Origin: Marsupella aquatica
Taxonomy: Eukaryota > Plantae > Marchantiophyta
NCBI GenBank assembly: GCA_973895155.1
Contig: OZ316897.1
Coordinates: 19,905,224 to 19,969,223, forward strand
Direction: 5' to 3'
DNA length: 64,000 bases
The notes under the pieces were generated by a model. It made no database searches and had not been told where the DNA came from. It worked only from the letters and a program-made list of their open reading frames with translations. The translations under genes and the position numbers were made by a program. Position 1 is the first letter of the stretch; each line of letters begins with the position of its first letter. This document shows positions 11,801 through 24,009 of the stretch, in pieces.

Positions 11801-14402
11801 TTGAGGACTGCCGCGTATTTACGTTTCCATTCAACAATTGATAGTGTTGGACACTCTGTACAACATAAACCCATGCAACACGGGCTCACATGAATCGGAG
11901 CTTTCATCTACTTCTTGTTTGTTTCGCCTTCCAGAGATTTGGGGCATTTATGGCCCCTCTGACGACCGGTCGCGTGATTATTGCAAGCTGTGCTGTCTAC
12001 CAAGCGAAGGTAAATCTATCACGCTCTTGGAACCAGTGTCCATCTTTTCGAAAGTATGGAAAAAAGTTTATGTCATTTTTCTGTCGTTGACGTTTGGAAT
12101 TTTCGTTTTGCACCTGAATCAGGTAGCTCTGGCTACTGCTATTCGGTATGCGCTCTCAAGGCGAGCGTTTTCTGTGGCAGAAGGGGAGCCAGAGGTGTTA
12201 ATTGTTGACTATCCAAGTCATCAACAGCGATTATTTACTTTACTGGCTAAAACGTGAGAACTCACCGTTTAGTTGTCTGAGAGTGTCTTGTGGCTCCCTT
12301 TTCTAAACTGGTGCAATTGAGCTTTCAAGACAAAAGGTGAATCGTTGCAAAAAGCTGTTTAGAAGATTCCGTTTCCATCAGTACAATCATAGTCATTGGA
12401 CTGAAGTTCGAGTCTCGTCATCCTGGTTTTCAGGTATGCAATGAGCTTCGCTTGCAACAAGTTGAAGGTTATTTACTGCAACAGAACTCCAGCTGATGCA
12501 AAGACCATTCACGTGCTGTCCAGTGGTCTTAAAGCACTACTCACATGGCATATGATGCGAACTGCTCAGGTAAGGGAGGATCGAATGAAATAGACGATTC
12601 AACAAGAGACTTGTTAAGAAAAATTCTGAAACTTGTGGTTTACCTTTGGCAATAATTTGGTGCAGCCGGGAGTTCATTACTGTACTAGTTCACGAGAGTC
12701 TAAATTTGTATAAAGTTTTGTCTCCTTGGACTGGTCGAATCCCCAAAGGCATCTGAATTTAGAGCAGCCACTCGGGCAGTCACTGCCAAGGTTTCGGGTG
12801 ACATGGGGCAAATCGGGTGGTTTTCGTGTACAGGAATGTCGAGAGGCTTGCGGTGGTCAGGGTTTGAAAACTGATAACAAAGTTGGACAAATGAAGTCCG
12901 AGTATGACGTGCAACTGACATTTGAAGGTGACAACAATGTCTTGATGCAGCAGGTAAGAAGCCCTGCATTTCACCAGCGAGGTGCTTTTTTGAGCTAACA
13001 ACTTCAGATAATGTACATCTTGACCACTGCCTGATGAACGGAAGTTGTTCCTTCACCTCTTGAGCAGGTTAGCAAGACGTTATTAGCTGACTATTTCACT
13101 GCTCTAAAGAGAAACAAGCCAATTAAGAGCATCGGATTGGAGCATATGAATAAGCCTCCGCTAATTGTGCCAGCTCAGTTAGACAGATTCACGCTACGGA
13201 ACCCAGCATTTCAGGTATGCAATCGTTGTCTTTCTGTCTTATTATTGTAGGGTGCTGCGCATGGAATGATCCTTCCTAAAAAAAAACAAATGAGGGGTTC
13301 AACAGGTCTATTGAGAATAATGTTAATTATAGTCTTTATTAGTTTTGATGGATACCTCATTTACTCTACCACACGGCATTGGTGTTCTGATATAGCTTGC
13401 GCTACTGCAACTACGGGAAAGAGTTTTGCTGGAGCGGCTTGCAGCGGATGTCACGCAACGAATTCAGAAAGGATCGTCACCGGCAGACGCAGCCAATCAG
13501 GTCCCAAATGTCCTTGCTTTGACTGGGGTGGATGGGACTTTCCACCTTGAAACATTGGAATTCTCATTTGCCTTGGACATGCCTCATTCCTTCAAGTCGT
13601 GAGATGAATTATTCATTTGGGACATAGGATTTAGTTATTTACTTACAAATCCGAACTGTTGACAGAGCTATCAATTGGGAGGGAAATTGGGCGATGCTTT
13701 TGCTGAGAAACAAGTTCTTGAAGCTCATATTGCTGGCGAAGAAGGAATATCTGGTGCAATCAAGGTCTGTCCTTATTGCCTTCTTGCAATGAAGACTTGG
13801 AGTTGTGTTTCAACCCCTACAAGTACTTGCATGCATGGCCGATACAACCATCACCGGCATGGGACATCCTGGTTTTCTGCATATCCGTTTGATGTGAACA
13901 AGGAGGCTTTGGATAAGCAATAATATGTTCCCTTGTAACTCTCGATCATGCCTGACACAAGTTGTGATACGATGTTAATATACAGGAAATTCTTGCCTTA
14001 TTGAGGACATTGTACGTGCTCACTGTGATTGACGAGTCCCCTACGTTCTTAAGGTGAGTGCTATACTTGTGCTTGAGTGTTTTGAGACCTGTATAATAAA
14101 CCACTGTCTCATTGTTAAGCTGGATGGGCAGGTCAGGAGGAACTCAGACTTTGCACAAATATTGTCTAGGATTTGGATCACAACCTTGCTGTGTTAATAT
14201 TTCCTTTCATGACTCGTGCAGATATGGGTTACTATCATCATCCCAATCGCAAGTTATTCATCAGGAGGTGGCAACTCTGTGCTCTGAACTTAGGCCACAC
14301 GCCTTATCTCTTGTTACTGCTTTCGGAATTCCTTTGGAATTGTTGGGACCCGTTGCTTCAGATTGGGTTGAATACAACTCCTACAAATATGTAAAGGCCT
14401 GA
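8826..14402 (+). CDS. ACX3: Peroxisomal acyl-CoA oxidase, ACX3-type (~682 aa, 15 exons)
   Basis: Exons 8826-8973, 9516-9855, 10237-10354, 10783-10890, 11041-11213, 11525-11624, 11935-12009, 12123-12253, 12434-12569, 12834-12953, 13068-13214, 13396-13500, 13666-13764, 13986-14053, 14222-14402. All introns are GT-AG and the 2049 nt stay in frame. Motifs: [50 protein letters not shown]; N-terminal PTS2-like RTSVLAKHF. Confidence 0.95.
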
Positions 14403-15391
14403 TTCATGCTTGTGACCAGCTCTATTCACCATCTGTCCTAGAAAAGTGAAGAAGTCCAGGTAGTCTCACAGATCCCTCTCCAACTAAGTATGGAAAGGCC
14501 TCATTCATACTTCTGACCAACTGCGTCCACCATCTGTAGTAGAAACTCGAGGAAATCTAGATCCTTCTCCAAACAAGTATTCTGAAGTCGGTGTCTTTAT
14601 CAGGCTATTAGAAGATTGGATGGTTACAAGGACGTATACATCATTACAAGCCAGGATCCTCTACGTGTACAGCTTTGGGTCCTATTTTTTTAACGACAGT
14701 GTAAAGCTTATGTCATTGATTAAGCGACACATGCATTCTTTTTCAGGACTTCTGTGTATCGCGTTATATCTGTCAGAATGAGACAGTACCGATTAAGTCA
14801 ATATCTGGTTATATTAGATTTCCATTTCATATGGAATGTCAGAACGGACAGGATCATGGTGGTGCCGCTGGGTCGAATAATTATATACTTTGATCACTGA
14901 TTTCCTTCTCTTGACATGACATCTCTTGATAAGTGCTTTTTATTGTGAACATGAAAGGAATTATATCACCCGAGTAATATTGCCGTAGGATACATAAACC
15001 TTACAACATCTAATATCCCCCTTCAGCCAATTGCCCTTGAATCAACTTGTGGTAATATTTCAATCGACTGTACAACAAGGTACGCTAGGGACAAATCAAG
15101 CGCAACGGAGAGCATGCTAGGTAGTCACGACCTAGTTATCCGCAATGAACTTTGCTAACGGAGTGTGATCTACTTCAATGCAAGTTAGACTCGCAACCAT
15201 CCCATACGCACATCTGAAAATGTACTTCGTATAAGCTTTCTCTTAGAAGCTTACAACTGTGCTCATCAGAACAGTTGTGAAGTCTTGCCAGCACCAAGTA
15301 GGTACATCGAAACGGCCATACTGTCCTAAACATATAGCCCATGCCTAATTTATTGGTACATACCTACTTCTCCTTGAAGCTGATTGTTGTT

Positions 15392-15493
15392 CAAAATTAC
15401 GGATACGCATTTGAACAAGATGCAAATAAATCATGTGATTGTTGTGCAAAATTACGGATACGCATTTGAACAAGATGCAAATAAATCATGATT
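15392..15493 (+). repeat. ~55-bp tandem duplication
   Basis: caaaattacggatacgcatttgaacaagatgcaaataaatcatg occurs twice. Confidence 0.9.
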
Positions 15494-16226
15494 ATGTAAT
15501 GCTCTAGAGGGTCGGTATTCGCAAATTGTGAATGGAGGTGTCCACCTCCAATCGTTAAACGTTCACAGTATGAGGCGATGTAGAGGTTCAGTAAATGGAC
15601 GTGACGACGCAATTTCCGCTTCAATCCCAGACTCGAACATGGATCGAATGCCCAGCAAGAAAAGTGCTAAACAACAGGCGTGAGTTCTTCCTTAAGACTC
15701 TCGAGGGCACCAGGGATCGAGTTTCAGGGAAGGATGGGACCAATTGAAAGCGGTGTCCCAAAAACCAGGAAGAGTGAGAAGAGATCGTAAAGTGTCCTTT
15801 CCTAGACGCACGGACTGGGTGTGTTCAGCAAACAACCCTGGCGATTTGTATGACGACTCGGGGAGCAGATTCTGGCAGTGAATCTGTGTCCTTTCCACAT
15901 TTTGTGGGAGTAGGCAGGGCCAGAACGAGCTATAGCAACAGGAAATCGGTGCACTCAGCAAACAACCCTGAGGATTTGTGTGATGACTCGTGGGCCAAAT
16001 TCTGGGTGTGAATCAGTTGCAAATTTCCTGGGAGTAGGGCCCTCCTGGCCCTGCCTACGTATCGCTGGGAGCAATTTTGCAGGACCACGGGCAGGGTAGG
16101 TGAACTAAATGTGCACACGATTGTGACGCTTCAGCTGAAGAATCCCGTTGTGAGGGGAATGTGCTGTTCCATGGAGTACAGCAATCTTGATTTAGATGTG
16201 AGCCACACAAGCTTTAGCTGTAGAAG

Positions 16227-18291
16227 ATTCAGGGAGACGAGTCCCTGCATTGTCATTCAATGCACCTCGATTCTCCTCCACAGCCCACCGGAATGCTCTC
16301 TCCATTTTGTGTCTCACTTCAGTTTCAGGCTAGCCCCATTTTTGGGTCCAAGTTCAGTTTTGAGGAGGGCACATATTTTTTAGGAGTTCTAATGCTTGAC
16401 GCTAATAACTTATTCAAAAATAATGTACATTTATAATATCAAGATTTAAAATATCAATATATTTTTTAATATAAAATAATTATAAAGGATTAAATGGTAA
16501 TGAGCATGGAGAATTTATGCACAGAGGTAATGTGTGACCTAGGGTATTGGAGCTCAGTTGAGACTACCAAGTGGCATGTTCAAGGCACACAAAGGGCAAC
16601 TTTTCTTTTCTTTGATTGAGGGCATGGAAAGGAGTGAAACCTAGAGGGGCGGGCGGGTGTCTAATTGTATTTGAATATGGAAATGGTAAATGAGATATAT
16701 ATGGGGGGTTCAAGTAATTTGGAGATAGAGAAAATAACAAAAGAGACACCCATCAGAGCCAGGGATAAAAATTAAAATAATGTCCAAAACAATTGGACTT
16801 GGGGGTATGGAACAAGGGGCGCCATATATAGCAGCAGCAGAACATTTGAGGAGACATGATCACATAAAAAACCATTTATCACTTAATCACATATCTTTTC
16901 TACATACAAGGTTGGAAATAGTCTAAGTTGTGTTGAACTAAGACGTCATTCGCAACGACCATACAACCATGACTCATTCCATGCACACGTAGTCGACACA
17001 ATCTCTACGTGGTTCACCTCTTCTCCAAGGCTACGTCCACACGAACACTCAAGCTTTACTTCAAGAGTAGACGAACACACATCTCTCTCTCTTCCTCCTA
17101 TTGTTCTGTTACAATGAGTAAGCACCACCCACTAGCGGCTTACACTAGCCCTGGTATATACAAGGTCACACACGACTAATCTAACCTCAGCTAAGATCCT
17201 AACTGTGGTTAGCCTAAGTGCCGTAACCTATGAGTCACAAGACTAAGAGCAATCCTTAACAAGTTGGCTACCTTGGGAAACAACAGAGTCTACCAAAGGT
17301 GTTGTGCTTGACACATTTGTCAAGACACTCAAAGAACTAGGAACCATGCTTGTACCAATTCCTTGCAAACTTTCAAAACCCTGTCAGTTGGAGCACACTT
17401 CCCAACCCTAGCCTTGTCTTCTCTACCACATACTTTTGGACTCGCTTCATAGGGGCCTTCTGCTGGGTTGGTTTTTATGCTCTTTTCATAGGGCTTTCTT
17501 TTGTCTTACTGGTTTCTCAGCTTGTTGCACAATTAAGGCCTTTCTTCTCCTGTCTCTGCTCAACACCACCTCTAATATTGTTTGCCTTTTGACCAGTTAC
17601 TAACCTCTTTTGTTGGCTTCTTGTACTCACCTCTTTTGTTGGATTCTTCCTAAAACTGAAAGCAGCTACCCCACCAGGAACATGATTGGCACCTCACAAC
17701 AATGGGCAGGTACAAGAAACTAATAAAAGAGGTTGGTTTATCTCCCTGGCTTTGATGGGTGTCTCCTTGGTTAATTTTTCTATCTCCAAATTACTTGAAC
17801 CCCCCATATATATCATTTCTGATTTCCATATTTAAATACAATTAGGCACCCCCCCCCCCCCCTCTAAGGTTCATTCCTTTCCATGCCCTTAATCAAAGAA
17901 AAGAAAAGTTGCCAGTCGTGTGTCTTGAACATGCCACATCGTAGTCTCAACTGAGCTCCAATACCCTAGGTCACACATTACTTCTTTGCGTCAATTCTCC
18001 ATGCTCATTATCATTTAATCATTTATAATTATTTTAAAATTTATATTAAAAATATATTGATATTTTTAAAATTGATATTATAGAACTTGTACATTATTTT
18101 TGAATAAGTTGTAAGGGTCAAGCATTAGAACCCCTCAAAAATCTGTGCCCTCCTCCAAACTGAACCGGGACACAAAAATGGGGCTGGCCTGAAACTGAAG
18201 TGAGACACAAAAATGAAAAGAGCATTCCGGTGGGCTGTGGGGGAGAATCGAGGCGCATTGAATGACAATGCAGGGACTCGTCTCCTGAATT
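16227..18291. mobile_element. Non-autonomous foldback / long-TIR element: ~540-bp inverted arms (16227-16768 and 17737-18291) around a ~970-bp spacer
   Basis: The left arm (caggGagacgagtccctgcattgtcattcaatgc...gagacacccatcagagccaggga) is the reverse complement of the right arm (tccctggctttgatgggtgtctc...gcattgaatgacaatgcagggactcgtctcctg) along its whole length. No coding capacity and no clear TSD. Confidence 0.85.
16931..17261. mobile_element. Solo LTR (331 bp) nested in the foldback spacer
   Basis: Termini TGTT...AACA with a perfect 5-bp target-site duplication AGTTG (16926-16930 and 17262-17266). Interior has TATATA and CT-rich blocks typical of LTRs. Confidence 0.8.
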
Positions 18292-18425
18292 CTAGAAGTG
18301 AGCCACAAACTGAAAGTCCTTAAAAATTAAACGCTAGTTCTAAATGTGACAAACTGAAAATCCTTAAAAATTAAGCTCGAGTTTTAGAAGTGAACCCCAA
18401 ACTGACAAGCATTAAAAACAACGCT
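18292..18425 (+). repeat. ~42-47 bp tandem repeat, 3 diverged copies
   Basis: caaactgaaa.tccttaaaaattaa is repeated immediately beyond the right foldback arm. Confidence 0.7.
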
Positions 18426-18873
18426 TATAATATGTACTACTGTTTTTGGGCCGGCCCGAGGACGTGGGATGAGAGACCAGTTCGGATTGTTTCTGGCAAA
18501 GGAGCAGTGAACACTTGAACTTTTCCTTAGAGCGTTGTGCAAGAGTACATTTGCAGCGTCACCTCTGTACCTTGCCCATTGTAATCATGTCCAGTGTCTC
18601 TCCTCAGGGAATGACAATCAAATAATTGGTACAGCAGTTCATTCATTAATTAATGGAGTCATCAATCACCCAACGCCACTGGAAGGCTGTCACGCCTCCC
18701 GCCCGTGGATCGTCTACATCGACGGCAGGACATGGTTTTGCTGGTGGTGGAGTTAATGAGATTGAATCCCTTTTGGCAGGACCACCAGTACTTCCAGAAC
18801 TCCTCTCCTCTTCTTCCCTCTCAGGTAGATTCAAGACCAAAGGTAACGTTGCGATTCGGTATTGGGCCTGTCA

Positions 18874-19262
18874 GCAAAATCACCTTACCATATTATTTTA
18901 TTTTGGAGTGCTTTTCTAGAATTAGTCATCTTCCCCCCTATTGGCCGGGTCCCTCTAACTACACGTCAAAATAAGCAAAATCACTTTACCATTTTATTTT
19001 ATTTTGAAGTGCTTTTCTAGAACTAGTCTTCTTCCCCCTATTGGACGGGTCCTAATAACTACAAATCAAAATATGATATATACAGTGTATACCACATCTC
19101 TCCATACCCCATACCCTGATAAATTTCATTATTATATTTAGTATACAAGCAATTAAAAAAAGTAATTAGTATACACCATATGTTATCACATTTTGATATG
19201 TGATTACCTACAGCAATTAGTACACACCATATGTTATGACATTTGATGTGTGATTACCAGCA
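18874..19262 (+). repeat. Two adjacent tandem duplications (~103 bp x2 and ~50 bp x2)
   Basis: aaaatcac.ttacca...gtgcttttctagaa.tagtc.tcttccccc occurs twice; aattagta.acaccatatgttat.acattt occurs twice. Confidence 0.8.
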
Positions 19263-22200
19263 GGGCTATTAGGCTCCTTTGTCATTGGGATACTGGCTCC
19301 TTTTGCTATTGGGATACTTTCTGGGGCCTTTTTTGCCCTTTACCACTGTGATATACAATGCCATCTTACATTGAGGACTAAACGTAACTTTGACATTCAT
19401 CTTACTAGTAATTTGTGAGAAAACATTACTTTTATGACCAAGGTCTGAGTGGGGCCTCTAGATGGTAACTTTGTGTGTGTAGCCTAACTTAAGGGGTGCA
19501 AGGAATTGGGGACATCATAAATGGCTATGAATAATAATGAATGTTTTTCTTAACCACTTATCTTTATATTCAAACCAATGGATAGTCTGGCTACAGTAGT
19601 TATCTTGGATTCAGAACCAAAGGTTACTTTGAGATGCATTATCTTAGAGTCGGGACAAAAGGTAACTTTGAGATTCATTAGTGAGCTTCTCTTAAATAGC
19701 TTGTCAGCAGAATCCAAAATATACCATTTTATTTTTTTAGAGGGCTTCACAAGAAGCAGTAGACTGACAAAGTGGACTGACAAAGTTCTTTTTCTAGATT
19801 GAGAAATGTCATCTCAACTCTTCATTTAAGGGGCGCTGACAGTTCTTGACTATAGAAGACTTGTGAAGTCCATTTCAACACGGGTTTGCCCTAACTTCCA
19901 TGACATTGGTGGGTCCCATGAATAATGGTGAGAATAGTGACCTGAATTCAACTTTTTTGGCCAACGTTAGTCTAAACATTTGTCCCCTAGGCCTATAGGA
20001 ATGCAAATTTCAGTCCTCAAACAGGGCCCACAGGCTGTTCCTCATAGGTCTGGAAGTCTGCTAAATGTTGCAATTAGTGTTATTCACACTAATTTGAAAG
20101 CGAAAATTGTTGTGCTTTACTCATGAATTTGACTGTTGAAGGAATTCTGTTACAACACCAATATTGCGCCTAGGGTTTAGTGTTACTATTTTGATAAACC
20201 TACAAGAAAAAATGCTACTTTGGACTCAATCATGTCTTGTAGTAACACTATTTTTGCATAGCACTAATCAGGGTGAACATTGTATGTGTGTCAAAAGCTA
20301 TGTGTGAACCAACATACAGGTTTTTTCATTATGTCATTGTGTGATGGAGGAGGGCAGGTTATGGGGTGGCTATAACCTCTTTTGGGCTCACCGCCCTCCC
20401 TCCGGGATTACCTCCCAAAATTATCTTGGGGTCATGGGTTATCCTACACCGTTTGTGTTGGGCAAGCAAGCAAGAGCTGAGTGACTTCTGTACAATTTTT
20501 ACAATTTGTAAAAATTGTACAAGACAGAAACACCCAAAACCCCAATTGAAGGGGACTGTATCATAACAATTACTTCTTTTTCCCACTCTGCCCGCAAGTG
20601 AACCCGGTCGACCCAACATCTAATCCTGGCACACCACGTGTTACTGCAGGTAGGTAAGTACCTTTGCGAAACCCTAATGGGGACTGTATAATAGCTATTC
20701 CCTCTTTTTCCCACCCTGCCCACGGACCCTGGTGCCCGAAAGTGAGATCCCGGTCAACCCACTACAGAGCTGAGGGCTGCGTCCTGGGACCCCACGTGTT
20801 ACCTCAGGTAGTGTAAAGTCCCCACCAGGCACGCGTCACTGCTGTACACCTCCTGCCGAACGTGATTCTAGTCCTGCGGCCTGCCCGAATCCTGCCCGAA
20901 ACCTGCCCGAAGTGTTACCCCTTATTTGTTAACCTCAAAAACTGCAAGAACCAATCAGATTTCATGGAGATTGTTTTTCTATTTTCACACTAATTTGGCT
21001 CATTTTTTTGGCTCATTTTTTGGCTCTGATTCTGACTCTCGTCCAGCAGGGAGTCATACATGGATGTGAATGGTGGCGGTTTTGCGGAGAGGCACCCTTT
21101 CAACAAAACCTGTTCATCAAAAGCCAGCAAAATGATCTACACGTGATCAGAGGTAAAACTCATTTGTTGTAAAGGGTGGAACATGTTTAATCAAACAGAT
21201 TTTAAAAGAGCCAAGCTATCCCAGCCCGCCATAAGATTGGCTAAGATAGATATAGTACCCAAAATCTCCCCACTAACATGAAGGAAGCATTGCTAATTGA
21301 CTAAATTTTGCTAATCTGGCTTAATAACTCATTTCACCTTAAGAATGTGTATTGGTCGGAAGTTTATATTGGTGGGAAGTTATGGGACTGGAGGGTTATG
21401 GGACTTGAGGGCTATGGGGAGGAGGGCTATGATGGGTGAGTATGGAATTAATACCCCAAACCAGCCTGACCTGACAAGGAAAAAGTGCTTCATGAGCACA
21501 GAAGTATGTGTAAGCATTGTGAGCCCTTCAAATGCACAAATGGACATGTTGTGCAGTGGCAGTTAGATTCTGAAGTGTGAATTTGCAGGGAATTGAAATA
21601 TCATCTTGTCCTTGAGCAGCCTGTGTGCATTCCTGAAAATGACAACAATGTCCCCATGCACTACAGTAATCTAGGTACCTTACTCAAATCACAATAGTTT
21701 AGTTAGTTAAAAATTAAAAGTTAGTTTTAACTTTCTAAGATAGTGTAAAAGTCATTAATGGTTCACTACCAAAAAATGACGCATTTCAAGAATGAAAATG
21801 CTATAACGGACAGTGTCAAAACTTGGGGATGCCCTCATAACTAGGAGGTTCCACTTCTGAAGTAACTGGTGTCTAAACGCTTCACCCAAACTGATGGGAC
21901 GAGGCACTTTTGCATGATTAATGTACAAAGGCAACAACCTTTTCATCCATAGCCTATAGCAGAAAGGCACAAGCACCAACCACTTGTAGGATCCCACCCG
22001 AGTGCAAAGATTTGGATGGAGATCCCATCCAAACCGCTAATGTTGGCTTTATTATGGGACCAATTTAGATGAGCTTGTAAATTAAGATGTAAAGTCTAAG
22101 TAAAGCTCACAACAATCCTTTTTCCTCATGACTGTCCAATGGTCTCAATCAACAGATAAAAATGTATAATGGAGGTATTTGCTTGATTGGCCCCCAAACC

Positions 22201-24009
22201 AAACTTTTCTCCCCACTAAACACATGAATTTTTTGGTAGAGTGATTTAAGGTCTATCAACCATCTAAATCACTCAGGGGTCCATCAAGTAGCATTTCACA
22301 TTTGGGGTCTATCTCAAACATACCTTCATTCCAAAGTGGGGTTCACCAAATCTCTTTGTACACAAAAGACTCCAAAGAGCCATCAACCAAATCCTTTGGC
22401 ATCTAGGTAATTGCACATCAAAATGTGACAATACATGATATGATATATGATATGTTACTCCATACCTCGATGTACCCAACTATTCTAAATACATATATAT
22501 GTGGCTGTAGGTTTTTGATAAGGTTTTTGATGTGCAATCATTGGGAAAGCAATCCCTTTGCACACAAAAAGACTTGACTTTTGGAAGAAAATAGAGGTGG
22601 CCTAAAATGGGAAAGAGGCAGGTGTGCAGCATGTACAGTCCAGTAAAGTGGGCCTCAATGTCATCGCCACTCTCGCAGCACTCTCATCAGTCTACTCTCC
22701 TGCAAAAGCACCACCAGCACCAGCAGCAGCAGCAGCTGTCGCTGCCTCCATTCATCTCTCCCTCGATTTTTGCCCATCAGAGACGGAGGCAGAGCAATGT
22801 ACCGCCGTGAGCTCCAACTTCAGCAGCGAGATTTGATTGATTCTTTGATTGATTCATTCATTAATGAGACATTCATTTTCAGATATTAAATCCAGCCACC
22901 GATGTTGTTGGATCGATTCGAGTGGCGACCCATCGAGGAGCCACTGCTTGGAGCGCAGCAAGGTAGACCAGAGTTGGTCTAGCACTGCAATTGATATTAT
23001 TATGTCGAATCAAGTAGATCTCGACTGGACTCGTGGCTGGCAGGTGTGAGAAGGAACGCGAGAGAGAGAGAGAGAGAGATCTACAGTGGACGGAGAGGGA
23101 GAATCGAGATCAAGCACAGTAAAGTCCCGGTTTCTTCGTTCGGGTGATTCAGTTGCGGACTTTGAGACAGTGTTGTCGTCATTGACACAGTAAATAGTAC
23201 GCTGTGGTGGGAATTGAGTCGTTGCGGTCTGTCGTCTCCGGGAGCAGGAGCTGCAGCTGGGACGCGGTGTTGACTGACCTTGGTCCCGTTTCTTTCGGTG
23301 TTGATTCGATTGGAAGGAGGCGCAGCATTGGACGAGGAGAGAAGAAGTGGAGAGGAGAGGAGAGGAGACTCATGCAATCACGGCTGTAATCTGTTGAGAT
23401 CGGCTGACTGGCTTGCAACAACAGCAGTTAGTAGTCAGTCTGAAGAAACACTGCGCTCCGGTATTGGAGCCGACTGATTTTTGTCCTGAACACCTTTCCT
23501 GTCTGGAGCTTCTATTCCTTTATTCTTCCCCCGCCTTTGGGATCCTGTCTCCCGGTAAGGCGGTTTTTGTTCGTTGGCAGTGATTTGTATAATATTCAGG
23601 TTGGTAGTGGCCGAGAGAACCTGATTTTGCCTTGCAGGGGCTTGCATGCTGCCCCTTGGGAGCATCGTTGGGAGTAGCGGTAATGAGAGTAGTGGGAATT
23701 ATGCAAGCCGAAGCAATCTGAGGAGGAGGAGGAGGAGGAGGAAAAGAAGTTCACGGGAAACAGAGAGGGGAGACAGGTGTATCTCATTTGCAGTAGGGAA
23801 ATGAGTTGAATGCGGCTGCTGATCTGGAGGAAACAAGGGAATTAATCACCTCAGCTTACCTGCTGGAACCACGTCAAAGAAGAAACTGGGTTTTCCTCTG
23901 CAGAGCGAAGAAGGGGAAGGAAGTAGAATACTGGCGAGCAACACTGAGTGCATCGGGGAAATACAGACTTCGACATGTGTTGTTGAAGGATTGCAATTGA
24001 AGCTGTAGG

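Noticed and set aside
18653-18843. Short ATG-initiated exon-like ORF (MESSITQRH...) ending at a possible splice donor
   Set aside because: No downstream exons or homology were recognisable, and it is embedded in repeat DNA.
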